From: an uncultured Patescibacteria group bacterium
GTDB lineage: Bacteria > Patescibacteriota > Patescibacteriia > UBA2591 > CALHIP01
DNA length: 64,000 nucleotides
Assembly (NCBI GenBank): GCA_938030745.1
Contig: CALHIP010000026.1
Coordinates: forward strand, 16,404 to 80,403
Reading direction: 5' to 3'
In this document: positions 1-9,766 of the stretch, one piece after another
How the letters are laid out: each line of letters begins with the position of its first letter
Position numbering within the stretch: position 1 is the first letter of the stretch
Notes under the pieces: generated by a model
What the model was told of the DNA's origin: nothing
The model's input: the letters and a program-made list of their open reading frames with translations, nothing else
Databases searched by the model: none
Program-made: the position numbers and the translations under genes

Positions 1-1
1 T

Positions 2-727
2 AAAAAGACAAAAGAAAAAAAAGCAAAAATTTTTGTCATCTGTGGTGGTGGACAATTACATGAATTGGTAAAAAAATATAACTTCCCTTTCTATCAATTT
101 CAAGGTAAAGGTCCTTCAAGAGCAAATTTTGGTTATTTATTCTCCGCTCTTTTAATTTTATTATTAAAATTGAAATTAACAAAAATTAAAGAAAAAGATT
201 TTATTTCATTGATCAAATTGTTGGAGGAATTTAACAAATTGATTGAGCCGGAAACAACTCTTGAGAAAAATGTAGCAAAATATCTTGCTTATCAAATTTT
301 TGACCACATCCCTTTTATTATTGGAGCGGAGCATCTAAAGGCAGTTGCTTTTCGTTGGAAAAAAGAAATAAATGAAAATGCTAAAACTTTTGCCTTTGCA
401 GAAGAAATGCCAGAATTTTTCCATAACAGTATTGTTGGTTTAGATTTTCCATGGCGAATAAGAGATGATATTTTCTTTTTATTTTTAGAAAGTGAACTTT
501 ATGATAAAAAAATTAAAAAATCATTAGAAATTTTTAAAAATATTTTAAAAAAAGAAAATTTATATTTTGAGACTATCCCAGCTCTTGGCAAAGATAGATT
601 AGATCAAACATTAACTACTCTTCTTTTAGGTGATTGGTTAAGTTTTTATTTAGCGATTTTAAATAAAGTTGATCCAACACCAGTTGAAAATATTGAAATA
701 ATTAAAAGAAAACTAAGAGAAAAATGA
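2..727 (+). CDS. Bifunctional phosphoglucose/phosphomannose isomerase (SIS domains), 5'-partial
   Basis: Frame is open from the window start (KKTKEKKAKIFVICGGGQL). Motifs RWKKEINENAK, PEFFHN and DPTPVENI match the PGI/PMI C-terminal domain. Confidence 0.85.
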   Translation, partial: KKTKEKKAKIFVICGGGQLHELVKKYNFPFYQFQGKGPSRANFGYLFSALLILLLKLKLTKIKEKDFISLIKLLEEFNKLIEPETTLEKNVAKYLAYQIFDHIPFIIGAEHLKAVAFRWKKEINENAKTFAFAEEMPEFFHNSIVGLDFPWRIRDDIFFLFLESELYDKKIKKSLEIFKNILKKENLYFETIPALGKDRLDQTLTTLLLGDWLSFYLAILNKVDPTPVENIEIIKRKLREK

Positions 728-2367
728 ACTATATTTTTAAAAGTGGTCTTTTTGGATATTTTTCTATTTTTCTGATTTCTTTTCTCTTTTTCTCTTCTCT
801 TCAATTAGCTAATAAAACATTCCTCTGTCCTGATTCTTTTTACCATGCAAAAATTGCTTCATTTTTATCTAATGGCAAATTAATCAGAAATTTTCCTTGG
901 TTACCTTATACAATTTTAGCTGAAAACTATTCTGATCATCATTTTTTATACCACATTTTACTTATCCCATTTGTCAAACTTTTTGGTGATCAAACTGGCA
1001 TAAAAGTTGCAACTTTATTTTTTGCTACTTTTTCAATTTTTATTTTTTATTGGCTTTTAAGAAAATTTAAAATAAAAGCTGCTTTTGTCTGGACATTTCT
1101 CCTTTTAACTAGTTCAGTTTTTTTAACTAGACTAAATTTAGCTAAGGTTCCGCCAGCTGCCTTATCAGTCCTTTTTTTAGGACTTTATGCTTTATTTAAA
1201 AGAAAATATCTTTTGCTTGGAATAATTTCTTTTGTTTATGTTTGGCTTTACAATACCTGGCCAATTTTATTTGTTGCAACAATTCTTTATTGTTTCGCTA
1301 ACGCTTTTAAAAAAATAATTGATAAGTGGCAGATAATATTTCAAAATTTAAAAAGTTTTAAATTTAGGATTTTAATTTTAGGATTTAAAATTTTCTTTAA
1401 AAATTTTTTTGCTAAAGAAAATTTAGGATTAATCATTTCTTGTTTATTTGGTATTGTTTGTGGTTTAGTCATTAATCCTTATTTTCCTTCAAATCTTTAT
1501 TTTAATTGGGTTCATATTGTCAAAATTGGTTTAAAAAATTATCAAAATATTTTGTCAGTTGGTGCTGAATGGTATCCTTTTGAACCAACCAATCTTATTT
1601 TAAATAATCTCTTTATTTTTGCTGTTTGGTTTATTGCTATTGGCTGGTTTTTTGTCAGTTTTAAAAAATCTTCTTTGTTATTTTCTGGCCAGAAAGCAAA
1701 AACACTTTCTCTTTTTATTTTCTCTTCACTTTTTTTAATTTTTACTATTAAATCAAGAAGAAATGTTGAATATTTTGTTCCCTTAGCCATCCTTTTTTCT
1801 TCTTTTTCACTTAATCGTCTTTTTTCAAATTTTCCTTGGAAAGAGTACTTTTCTCAGTTTAAAGTCAAAGAATTTCCTTATAATTTAATGAGCTTCATTC
1901 TTGGTTTTTTTCTTTTAGTGATTTTTGTTTTCTGTAGCTTTTCTTTTTTTGAAAAAGTTTGGGCAGAAAAAATAAAAGAATTTGCTTCTGGAGCAAGTTT
2001 TGACCAGTTTAAAAAAGTTTCAGAATTCTTAAAAGAAAATACCCAAAAAGGTGAGATAATTTTCCATTCTTCTTGGGACGAATTTCCTCCTCTTTTTTAT
2101 CACAATGATAAAAACTATTATATTGCCGGTCTTGATCCAACTTTTATGTATGAAAAAAATAAGGCTCTTTATTGGATCTGGTTTAATATTGTCAGTGGTA
2201 AACAAAAAAATAATTTAAGTAAAACAATTAAAGAAAATTTTAATGCTCGATATGTTTTTGTTCAGGCAAATCGTCAAAAAATGAAAGAAAATCTTGATCA
2301 GGATAAAGATTTTGAGAAAGTTTACGAAGATAAAGAAGGCTATGTTTACAAAATTAAAAATTTTTAA
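724..2367 (+). CDS. Multi-TM GT-C-like membrane glycosyltransferase
   Basis: About 12 hydrophobic segments, DSFYH after the first TM, soluble C-terminal domain with SWDEF (STT3/AglB WWD-like), ATGA overlap with the upstream gene. Confidence 0.6.
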   Translation: MNYIFKSGLFGYFSIFLISFLFFSSLQLANKTFLCPDSFYHAKIASFLSNGKLIRNFPWLPYTILAENYSDHHFLYHILLIPFVKLFGDQTGIKVATLFFATFSIFIFYWLLRKFKIKAAFVWTFLLLTSSVFLTRLNLAKVPPAALSVLFLGLYALFKRKYLLLGIISFVYVWLYNTWPILFVATILYCFANAFKKIIDKWQIIFQNLKSFKFRILILGFKIFFKNFFAKENLGLIISCLFGIVCGLVINPYFPSNLYFNWVHIVKIGLKNYQNILSVGAEWYPFEPTNLILNNLFIFAVWFIAIGWFFVSFKKSSLLFSGQKAKTLSLFIFSSLFLIFTIKSRRNVEYFVPLAILFSSFSLNRLFSNFPWKEYFSQFKVKEFPYNLMSFILGFFLLVIFVFCSFSFFEKVWAEKIKEFASGASFDQFKKVSEFLKENTQKGEIIFHSSWDEFPPLFYHNDKNYYIAGLDPTFMYEKNKALYWIWFNIVSGKQKNNLSKTIKENFNARYVFVQANRQKMKENLDQDKDFEKVYEDKEGYVYKIKNF

Positions 2368-4012
2368 TTTTAAAAAAATCAATCTTTTTGTCATTTTGTT
2401 TTTTACTCTCTTGACTATTTTTATTAGTTGGCCATTAGTCCTTAATCTTGATTCAGCTATTTTTGATTTTTTTATTTTTGATTCATTAAATATTATCTGG
2501 ACTATTAATTGGAATATCCATCAAATTTTTAAAGATCCATTTAATCTTTTCCAGGCAAACAATTTTTATCCAGAAAAAAATGCTCTTGCCTATTCTGAAA
2601 ATCTATTAGGGATTAGTTTTTTAGTTTTACCAATCGTTAAAATTTTTAATAATCCTGTTTTGGCTTATAATTTTTCTCTTTTTTTATCCTTTATTCTTTC
2701 TGGTTATGGAATGTTTTTATTAGTTTATCATTTAACAAAAAATTATTCTGCTTCAATTTTGGCAAGTTTAACTTATACTTTTGCTCCTTTTAAAATCTTA
2801 AGAATGCTTATTCATTTAAATATTGTTTCTGGCCAATGGCTACCATTTGTTTTCTTATATCTTGAAAAATTTTTTGAGGAAAAAAACTTAAAAAATATAA
2901 TTTTATTTTCTTTATTTTTTATTCTTCAGAGTTTAACCTCCCTTCATTATTTTGTTTTTTTATTAGTTAGTGTTTTTGTTTTTTTTATAATCAAGATTTT
3001 TTTAAATCGTCAAATTTTAGATAAAGATTTTTTCAAAAAAATATTTATTTCATTTTTTTTAATTTTTATTTTCCTTCTGCCAATTTTTTTGCCATATTTT
3101 CAAATAAAAGAAGGATCGATAGGTAAGGCATGGGAAATTGCTTTTTATACCCCTTCTTTGAAAGATTATTTAAGAGTATGGTATCTTTTAGAAAAAAAAG
3201 AATTAATTAATAATTTAGAAAAATTTGTTTTTATTGGCTTTGTTCCTTTAATTTTATTAATTTTGTCTATTTTTATTTTTAAAAAAATTAAGAAAGAAAA
3301 TCTTATTATTTATGGAGTCATTGGATTAATTGGTTTTTTATTATCTTTAGGACCTTTAATTAAAATAAAGGAAGGTTATATTTTTGGTTTTTATTTACCT
3401 TTTCTATTTATTCCTGGTTTTAACCAGATCAGAGCGGTTAGCCGATTTTCAATTTTATTATTTTTTGGTTTAAGCATTATCTTTGGTTTAGCATTAGCTC
3501 ATCTTTTTAAAAAGGAAATTTTAAAAAAATTTTTATTTTTTTTCTTATCTATTTTATTTCTTTTTGAGATATTTTTTATCTCTTTAAATTTAGTAAAATT
3601 AATTAGGATTCCGGTTGGTAAAGAAATTCCTGAGGTTTATCAGTGGTTGAAAAAAGAAAAGGAAGATTTTGCCATTCTTGAATTACCAATTGCTTTTAAA
3701 GAACAACTTCCATATCTTTACGCTTTAGATATTAACTCTTTTTATCAATATTTTTCCATTTATCATTGGAAAAAATTGGTCAATGGCGATAGTAGTTATT
3801 ATCCTAATTCTTATTTAGAAAGAGTAAAAATCTTTTTAAATTTTCCCGATGAAAAGTCAATCAAATTGATAAAAGAATTAAAAATTAAATATATCATTCT
3901 TCATTATGATTTAATACCTGAAAAAGAAATGATGGAAAATAAAATCCATCAGTGGCCAGAATTATCTTTAAAAAATGTTTTTGGAAATGATTTTCTCTAT
4001 GAAGTTAAATGA
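2342..4012 (+). CDS. Multi-TM GT-C-like membrane protein (YfhO-like)
   Basis: ATG at 2342 preferred over TTG 2294. FYPEKNALAYSE and RAVSRF motifs, C-terminal LVNGDSSY soluble domain. Confidence 0.6.
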   Translation: MFTKLKIFNFKKINLFVILFFTLLTIFISWPLVLNLDSAIFDFFIFDSLNIIWTINWNIHQIFKDPFNLFQANNFYPEKNALAYSENLLGISFLVLPIVKIFNNPVLAYNFSLFLSFILSGYGMFLLVYHLTKNYSASILASLTYTFAPFKILRMLIHLNIVSGQWLPFVFLYLEKFFEEKNLKNIILFSLFFILQSLTSLHYFVFLLVSVFVFFIIKIFLNRQILDKDFFKKIFISFFLIFIFLLPIFLPYFQIKEGSIGKAWEIAFYTPSLKDYLRVWYLLEKKELINNLEKFVFIGFVPLILLILSIFIFKKIKKENLIIYGVIGLIGFLLSLGPLIKIKEGYIFGFYLPFLFIPGFNQIRAVSRFSILLFFGLSIIFGLALAHLFKKEILKKFLFFFLSILFLFEIFFISLNLVKLIRIPVGKEIPEVYQWLKKEKEDFAILELPIAFKEQLPYLYALDINSFYQYFSIYHWKKLVNGDSSYYPNSYLERVKIFLNFPDEKSIKLIKELKIKYIILHYDLIPEKEMMENKIHQWPELSLKNVFGNDFLYEVK

Positions 4013-5636
4013 AATTGAAAAAATTATTCTAATTTTAATTATTATTTTGGCAGGTTTTTTAAGATTAGTTAGTTTAACTAAAGTTCCTTCTTCTTTTCAT
4101 CATGATGAACTTTTAAGTATTTATGAAGCCTATTCAATTTTTAAAACTGGTTCTGATCAATGGGGAAATTTTTTACCTTTAAGATTTAAAGCTTTTGGTG
4201 ACTGGCCACCGCCTTTATATTTTTATTTTAATGTTCCTTTTGTCTTAATTTTTGGTTTAGAAGAAATTACTGTTAGGTTACCATCTGCTTTTTTAGGAAT
4301 TTTAACAGTTTTTTTAACCTACCTTTTAGCTAAAGAAATCTTTAAAAATAAAACTATTGCCATTTTAGCGAGTTTTTTTCTTTCTATCTCTCCTTGGCAT
4401 CTTCAATATTCAAGGCTAGCTTGGCCAGCAATTATGGTTCCATTTTTAATTAGTTTAGGACTTTGGTTATTTTTTTCTGGTCTGAATAATCAAAAGAATT
4501 CCCGCATTTATTTTGCCATCTTTTTTATTTCTCTTTCTGCTTGGGTCTATACACCAGCTCAAGTCTTTGTTCCTCTGTTTCTTTTTGGTCTATTCATTTT
4601 TTATCATAAGAAGGTAGAAAAAAAAGTTATTTTTTATAGTTTTATCATTTCTTTAATTGTTCTTTTTCCTTTATATTTTTTGAGTTTAATTATTCATCCA
4701 GAATGGCAAACAAGATACAATCAGATCTCAATTTTTTCTTTAAATCAAACAGGATCAGTTAAGTTAGCTCTTTTTCTTTATAATTATCTTTCCCATATTA
4801 GCCCTTATTTTCTCTTTATTTATGGTGATAGTAATCTTAGACATAATCCTTTAGGAATTGGCCAGCTTCATTTTTTTGAAATGTTTCTTTTATTTTTTCT
4901 AATTATTTATATAATCACTCCTCAGATTTTTAGAAAACAAAAGTTTTCTCATTTGCCATTTCTTTTTTATTGGTTTTTTATTTTTCCTTTACCTTCTTCT
5001 TTAACAATTGAAAATATTCCTCATGCTACTCGAACAATTGTCGCTTTACCATTGGTCCATCTTTTTTCTTCTTTAGGTCTTTATCTAATTGTTTCCAATT
5101 TAAAAAATTTTAAATTTCTTTACCCTTTTACCTTGATGATTATTGTTATTATTATAGGCTTATCCTTTTCTTTATATTTATTAAATTATTATAAATTCTA
5201 TCCAATCTATTCTGCTTCTTGGTTTGGCTATGGAAATAAGGAGGTAGTAGAATATATTAAAGAAAATCTAAATAATTACGAAAGATTTGTCTTTTCTGGA
5301 ACAAGATACCATCCCTATCTTTATTTTGTTTTCTATTTTAAAATTGATCCGAAAGTTTTCCAAAAGACAGTTAAAACAGATAAAGATTTTGAAGAAAAAT
5401 ATAAAGTGGTGATTGTAAAAAGTTTTAATAATTTTGAATTTAAAGAATCTCTAAAAGAGGAAAAATTTTTACCAAAAACTCTTTATATAGAAAAAAGATA
5501 TCTTGAAACAGAAATAGAAACTGAAAAACAGAATTTGGGGGAAACTTTATTAGAAGAAATTCCTTTAGAAATAAAAAGAATTATTTATTTACCTAATGGG
5601 TTAGAAGCATATCGAATTTATGAATTTAAAAAATGA
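3999..5636 (+). CDS. ArnT/PMT-family (GT39/GT83-like) GT-C glycosyltransferase
   Basis: HHDE after TM1, GDWPPPLYFY, VRLPSA and SPWHLQYSR motifs. ATG at 3999. Confidence 0.8.
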   Translation: MKLNEIEKIILILIIILAGFLRLVSLTKVPSSFHHDELLSIYEAYSIFKTGSDQWGNFLPLRFKAFGDWPPPLYFYFNVPFVLIFGLEEITVRLPSAFLGILTVFLTYLLAKEIFKNKTIAILASFFLSISPWHLQYSRLAWPAIMVPFLISLGLWLFFSGLNNQKNSRIYFAIFFISLSAWVYTPAQVFVPLFLFGLFIFYHKKVEKKVIFYSFIISLIVLFPLYFLSLIIHPEWQTRYNQISIFSLNQTGSVKLALFLYNYLSHISPYFLFIYGDSNLRHNPLGIGQLHFFEMFLLFFLIIYIITPQIFRKQKFSHLPFLFYWFFIFPLPSSLTIENIPHATRTIVALPLVHLFSSLGLYLIVSNLKNFKFLYPFTLMIIVIIIGLSFSLYLLNYYKFYPIYSASWFGYGNKEVVEYIKENLNNYERFVFSGTRYHPYLYFVFYFKIDPKVFQKTVKTDKDFEEKYKVVIVKSFNNFEFKESLKEEKFLPKTLYIEKRYLETEIETEKQNLGETLLEEIPLEIKRIIYLPNGLEAYRIYEFKK

Positions 5637-6316
5637 TCTCCCTTATCATTCCAACTTATAAAGAAAAAGAAAATATTGGTAAATTACTTTTTTTGATTTG
5701 TAAACTTAATCTTAAGGATTTTGAAGTAATTGTTGTTGATGATAATTCACCTGATAACACAGCTGAAGAAGTAGAAAAAAATGCTAAAAAATTGCCTTTG
5801 AAAATAAAATTGATTAAAAGAAAAGGTAAAAGGGATTTATCTCTTTCTGTTTTGGAAGGATTTAAAAAAGCAAAAGGAGAAATTTTAGGAGTAATGGACG
5901 CTGATTTTTCTCATCCACCAGAATTGATTCCAAAAATGATTAAAGAATTGGAAAATGTTGATTTAGTTATTGCCAGTCGAAAAATCTCTGGTGGAGAAAT
6001 CAAAAAATGGCCATTAAAAAGGAAAATTTTTTCAGGATTAGCAACTTTTCTGGCTAAAACCTTAGTTCCAAAAATCTCTGATCCTTTATCTGGTTTTTTC
6101 TTCTTTAAAAGAAAAATTATTAAAGAATTAAAACTTTCACCAATTGGTTATAAAATAGGCTTAGAAATTTTTGTTAAAGGAAAATATAAAAATTTTAAAG
6201 AGATACCATTTGTTTTTAAAGATAGAGAAATTGGAAAAAGTAAGTTAAATTTTAAAGTAATTTTAAAATTTCTTTTCCATATTTTAAAACTCTGGTTTTG
6301 GAAAATAAAAAAATGA
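5633..6316 (+). CDS. GT2 polyprenol-phosphate mannosyltransferase (Dpm1/Ppm1-like)
   Basis: IIPTYKE, VVDDNSPD, MDADFSHPP, DPLSGFF and R-x-G-x-SKL motifs. Confidence 0.85.
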   Translation: MISLIIPTYKEKENIGKLLFLICKLNLKDFEVIVVDDNSPDNTAEEVEKNAKKLPLKIKLIKRKGKRDLSLSVLEGFKKAKGEILGVMDADFSHPPELIPKMIKELENVDLVIASRKISGGEIKKWPLKRKIFSGLATFLAKTLVPKISDPLSGFFFFKRKIIKELKLSPIGYKIGLEIFVKGKYKNFKEIPFVFKDREIGKSKLNFKVILKFLFHILKLWFWKIKK

Positions 6317-7512
6317 AAGAAATAAAAAAAATTTATTTTTTTCTTTTTCTAGTTATTGTTTTAATCAAATTTTTATTTTTACCTTTTTTTGGTGATTTTT
6401 ATGATTTATTTCTTCATAGTCAATGGGCAAATTTTTTAATTAAAAATCCAATCAATGAGATTTATTCAAAAACAAATTGTAATCTTCCGCCATTTTGGGT
6501 TTATATTTTATGGTTATTTTCTAAAATTCATTTTTTAATCACCAATAAAATAGTTTTTGTTTATTCAGAGGTCTTAAAAATTCCAGCTATTCTTTTTGAT
6601 ATTTTTACTGGCCTTTTGATTTTTTATTTTTTAATTAAAGAAAAAATTGAAGAAAAAAAAGTATTTTTAGCTAGCTTATTTTTCCTTTTAAATCCTTTTG
6701 TTTTTTATCTTTCTTCTTTTTGGGGCCAGCTAGATTCAATCTATGTTTTTTTTATTCTTCTTTCTTTTATTTTTCTTTATTATAAAAAAACAATTTTTGC
6801 CTCAATTTTTCTAGCCCTTTCTTTTTTAACTAAACTCCAAGGGATTATTTTTTTCCCTTTGTTTTTCTTTATTCTTTTTAAAAATTATCCTTTTAAAAAG
6901 ACAATTTTTTCTCTTTTAACTATTCTTCTTGTTATTTTTATTATTCTTTTACCTTTTCTTATTAAAGGATATTCACCAGTTTTTATTTTCCAAAAAACTT
7001 GGATAGCCTCTTGGCGGTTTGCAAATTTTCTTTCTTTAAATGCTTTTAATCTCTGGTGGATTCCTCAGATAATTTTTTCTTTTTTGGAACCTCCTTATAT
7101 TTATGACTACCTTCCTTTGTTTGGCTCAATAAATTTTAAAATGATTTCTTTGATTCTTTTTTCTCTTTTTTATTTGTTAATTATTTTAAATATTAGAAAA
7201 AACATTTTCTTTTTAGCTAGTTTAGTCTCTTTTTTGTTTTTTATGATACCAACAGCTATGCATGAAAGGTATATCTTTCCATTTTTTGCTTTCTTTTCAA
7301 TTTTTTGGCCAATAAAAAGAGGTTATTTAAAATATTATTTTTATCTTTCTTTAACTTCATTTTTAAATCTTTTAGCTGTTTTACCACCAACCTTTCTTTT
7401 CGAAGAAACTCAAAAAATTTTTTCTCTTTTTATTGGTCAATTAAGTATTCCCTTAACACTTATTAATATCTTTATTTTCTTTTATTTTTTCTTTATTCTT
7501 TTTAAAATATGA
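6313..7512 (+). CDS. GT-C membrane glycosyltransferase (PIG-M/Gpi18-like mannosyltransferase)
   Basis: NLPP, LKIPAILFD, SSFWGQLDS, NAFNLW and MHERY motifs; multi-TM. ATG at 6313. Confidence 0.75.
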   Translation: MKEIKKIYFFLFLVIVLIKFLFLPFFGDFYDLFLHSQWANFLIKNPINEIYSKTNCNLPPFWVYILWLFSKIHFLITNKIVFVYSEVLKIPAILFDIFTGLLIFYFLIKEKIEEKKVFLASLFFLLNPFVFYLSSFWGQLDSIYVFFILLSFIFLYYKKTIFASIFLALSFLTKLQGIIFFPLFFFILFKNYPFKKTIFSLLTILLVIFIILLPFLIKGYSPVFIFQKTWIASWRFANFLSLNAFNLWWIPQIIFSFLEPPYIYDYLPLFGSINFKMISLILFSLFYLLIILNIRKNIFFLASLVSFLFFMIPTAMHERYIFPFFAFFSIFWPIKRGYLKYYFYLSLTSFLNLLAVLPPTFLFEETQKIFSLFIGQLSIPLTLINIFIFFYFFFILFKI

Positions 7513-7787
7513 GAAAAAATTTTTTAATTACTGGTGGAGCAATCAATAATTTAATCATTTCAATTCTTTTTGGTTTATCTTTAGTTAAAATTTTAGAAAT
7601 TATTAAAGAAATTTCTTTCCGCCCAAATTTATTAGAAATTTTACTTCTTCTTTTTTGTTCTTCTCAATTTTATAGCTATCTTCCTCGATTAGTTCAGAAA
7701 AAAATATATTCATGCATAACTCTTTTATTTATATTTCTAAATAGAAATTATGATAAAAATTCTTATTGTTTTACCAACTTACAATGA
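7509..7787 (+). CDS. Small hypothetical membrane protein (possibly a remnant)
   Basis: 92-aa hydrophobic ORF filling the gap between two GT genes, ATGA overlap upstream. Confidence 0.4.
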   Translation: MRKNFLITGGAINNLIISILFGLSLVKILEIIKEISFRPNLLEILLLLFCSSQFYSYLPRLVQKKIYSCITLLFIFLNRNYDKNSYCFTNLQ

Positions 7788-8472
7788 AGAGAAGGTAGTT
7801 GAAGAAAATACATTAAAAGTTTTTGAATTTTGCCAGAAAAATCTAAAAGATTTTGATTGGCAGATTTTAATAGCTGATAATGGATCAATTGATAAAACAT
7901 TTAAAATTGCTGAAAGACTTTCAAAAAAATATCAAAAAATTTCATTTTTCCATATCCCTGAGAAAGGAAGGGGTTATGCTTTAAAAAAGGCATGGTCAGA
8001 ATATCAGGCTGATATTTATTCTTATATGGATATTGATCTTTCTTCTGATTTAAATTCTTTTCCTTTATTGATTAAGGCAATTACTGAAAATAATTATGAT
8101 TTAGCAATTGGCTCGCGTTTGAAAAAGGGAGCAAAAAAAAGGCGTTCTTTCTTAAGAGAAATTATGAGTCGAGTTTATAATCTTCTTTTAAAAATTTTAT
8201 TTAATCCATCATTTGAAGATGCCCAATGTGGTTTTAAGGCTATCTCAAAAAGAGTCGCCAAAGAAATTCTACCGAAAGTAAAAAATAATCATTGGTTTTT
8301 TGATACTGAACTTTTAATTTTAGCTGAAAAAGCAGGTTTTAAGATTAAAGAAATTCCAATTGAATGGATAGAAAAAAGAACAGTTAAAAGGAAAAGTACA
8401 GTTAAAATTTTTTCAACAATTTGGGAAGATATTAAAGGAATAATAGAATTAAAATTTCGGTTAAAGAAATAA
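7750..8472 (+). CDS. GT2 polyprenol-phosphate glucosyl/mannosyltransferase (Alg5-like)
   Basis: LPTYNEE, ADNGSID, GRGYA, YMDIDLS, DAQCGFKA and WFFDTELL motifs. Confidence 0.85.
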   Translation: MIKILIVLPTYNEEKVVEENTLKVFEFCQKNLKDFDWQILIADNGSIDKTFKIAERLSKKYQKISFFHIPEKGRGYALKKAWSEYQADIYSYMDIDLSSDLNSFPLLIKAITENNYDLAIGSRLKKGAKKRRSFLREIMSRVYNLLLKILFNPSFEDAQCGFKAISKRVAKEILPKVKNNHWFFDTELLILAEKAGFKIKEIPIEWIEKRTVKRKSTVKIFSTIWEDIKGIIELKFRLKK

Positions 8473-8476
8473 TTAC

Positions 8477-8529
8477 TTGACAAAAATTTAAAAATTTGCT
8501 AAGATAATTACTGAAATTCAAAAAGGAGG
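8477..8529 (+). promoter_or_regulatory. Sigma70 promoter and Shine-Dalgarno site for 8535..9257
   Basis: TTGACA(8477)-17 nt-TAAGAT(8500) with extended TG; AAGGAGG at 8523-8529, 5 nt before the ATG. Confidence 0.75.
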
Positions 8530-8534
8530 AAAAC

Positions 8535-9257
8535 ATGGCAAAAAAACAGAGAAATAACCAAAAAAATAAGGACAACCAAAAAAATAAAAAATTTCCTTGG
8601 TATGGAAGCTTAGCAATTGTTATTACTGCACTTATCGTTTTCCTTATTCTTGGACTAACAATTCTTAGTAAGATCTCAGTTACAAGAAAAGCAAAAGTCA
8701 CTGGTAATGAAGATGAGGTTACAGTAGAGATCCGGAATTTTTCTAATCATGATGAAGTGATGGAATTTCTTTTCAAAAAATTAGACAAGTATAAAGAAAA
8801 CGGGAAAATAAATAAACTTTTTGAAGAAATAAAAAATCTCTCTTATCAGATAGCACAGATAAGAGAACTTCTTAAGGAGAAAAAAGATGAGAATCAGAAA
8901 CTTCAAGCCCAACTGAAAAATCTTGAAAGACAACTTAGTTATAAAACAGATAAATTAATCCAGGAATTAAAAGATAAAAAAGAGCAAAAAGTTAAAGAAG
9001 AAGTTAAAAAAGAAGAACCTCTTAAAGTAATAATTTACAATAAAACTTCAAGAAACGCAGAAATCTCTGGACTTTTCAGATATCCTCGATTGAAAATAAA
9101 CGCCCACGAAAAGATAGTAGTCTATTTATCTCCTGGAGATTACATAATAGAAGTAACGATCGGAAGAAGAAAGGTGCAGACTAAACTTACTGTATCTAAA
9201 AACGAAATTTTTTATCTTGGAGAAGCTTGCTATGGGTATATTGAAATCGACGATTAA
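8535..9257 (+). CDS. Hypothetical single-TM protein with coiled coil and beta-rich C-terminal domain
   Basis: Basic N-terminus, one TM, heptad K/E/L-rich stretch, C-terminal LSPGDYIIEV beta-strands. Confidence 0.75.
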   Translation: MAKKQRNNQKNKDNQKNKKFPWYGSLAIVITALIVFLILGLTILSKISVTRKAKVTGNEDEVTVEIRNFSNHDEVMEFLFKKLDKYKENGKINKLFEEIKNLSYQIAQIRELLKEKKDENQKLQAQLKNLERQLSYKTDKLIQELKDKKEQKVKEEVKKEEPLKVIIYNKTSRNAEISGLFRYPRLKINAHEKIVVYLSPGDYIIEVTIGRRKVQTKLTVSKNEIFYLGEACYGYIEIDD

Positions 9258-9279
9258 GTTTCATTGATTTTCAAAAAGG

Positions 9280-9308
9280 AAAGAGAGGGGTAAGATACCC
9301 CTCTCTTT
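9280..9308. terminator. Bidirectional intrinsic terminator between convergent genes
   Basis: Perfect 13-bp stem AAAGAGAGGGGTA-aga-TACCCCTCTCTTT with T-rich flanks on both strands. Confidence 0.85.
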
Positions 9309-9323
9309 AACTTTTTATTTTTA

Positions 9324-9761
9324 TCAACTTGTCTTGACTCTGAAAGGCTTTTCTACTCCTAATCTTTCTAAAATAAATAAATAGATCACTCGGGCTAAAA
9401 TAATGATAACTAAACCAAGAATTGCTTCTTTAATTAAATTTTTTGCTTTTTTAATCTGTTCTTCATTTGCTGAACCAGTTATCCATAAAAAGCCACCATA
9501 AATAATAATAATAATAAAAATAACACCAATAAAAGTTAAAAGATAGTTAATAATTTTAACAATTGTCATTATTGGATCTGTCTCTGTTGGAAGCTCTGGC
9601 ATTTCTTTAGTTACCTCTCCCCAGACTTTTTTTAAAAGATTTAAAGTTCGTTCTTCTACTGGTGTTTGAGCAAAACTTTGGGATAAAGATGAAAAAACAA
9701 AAAGAAGAAAAATCAGCCAAAAAAGAATTATTTTAAATTTTTTAAAGGCAGTAATTTTCAT
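9324..9761 (-). CDS. VirB2/TrbC-like (T4SS-type) pilin
   Basis: Signal peptide ending FAQ; two hydrophobic helices flanking YGGFLWITGSANEEQIKKAK. Confidence 0.8.
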   Translation of the reverse strand: MKITAFKKFKIILFWLIFLLFVFSSLSQSFAQTPVEERTLNLLKKVWGEVTKEMPELPTETDPIMTIVKIINYLLTFIGVIFIIIIIYGGFLWITGSANEEQIKKAKNLIKEAILGLVIIILARVIYLFILERLGVEKPFRVKTS

Positions 9762-9766
9762 ATTTT

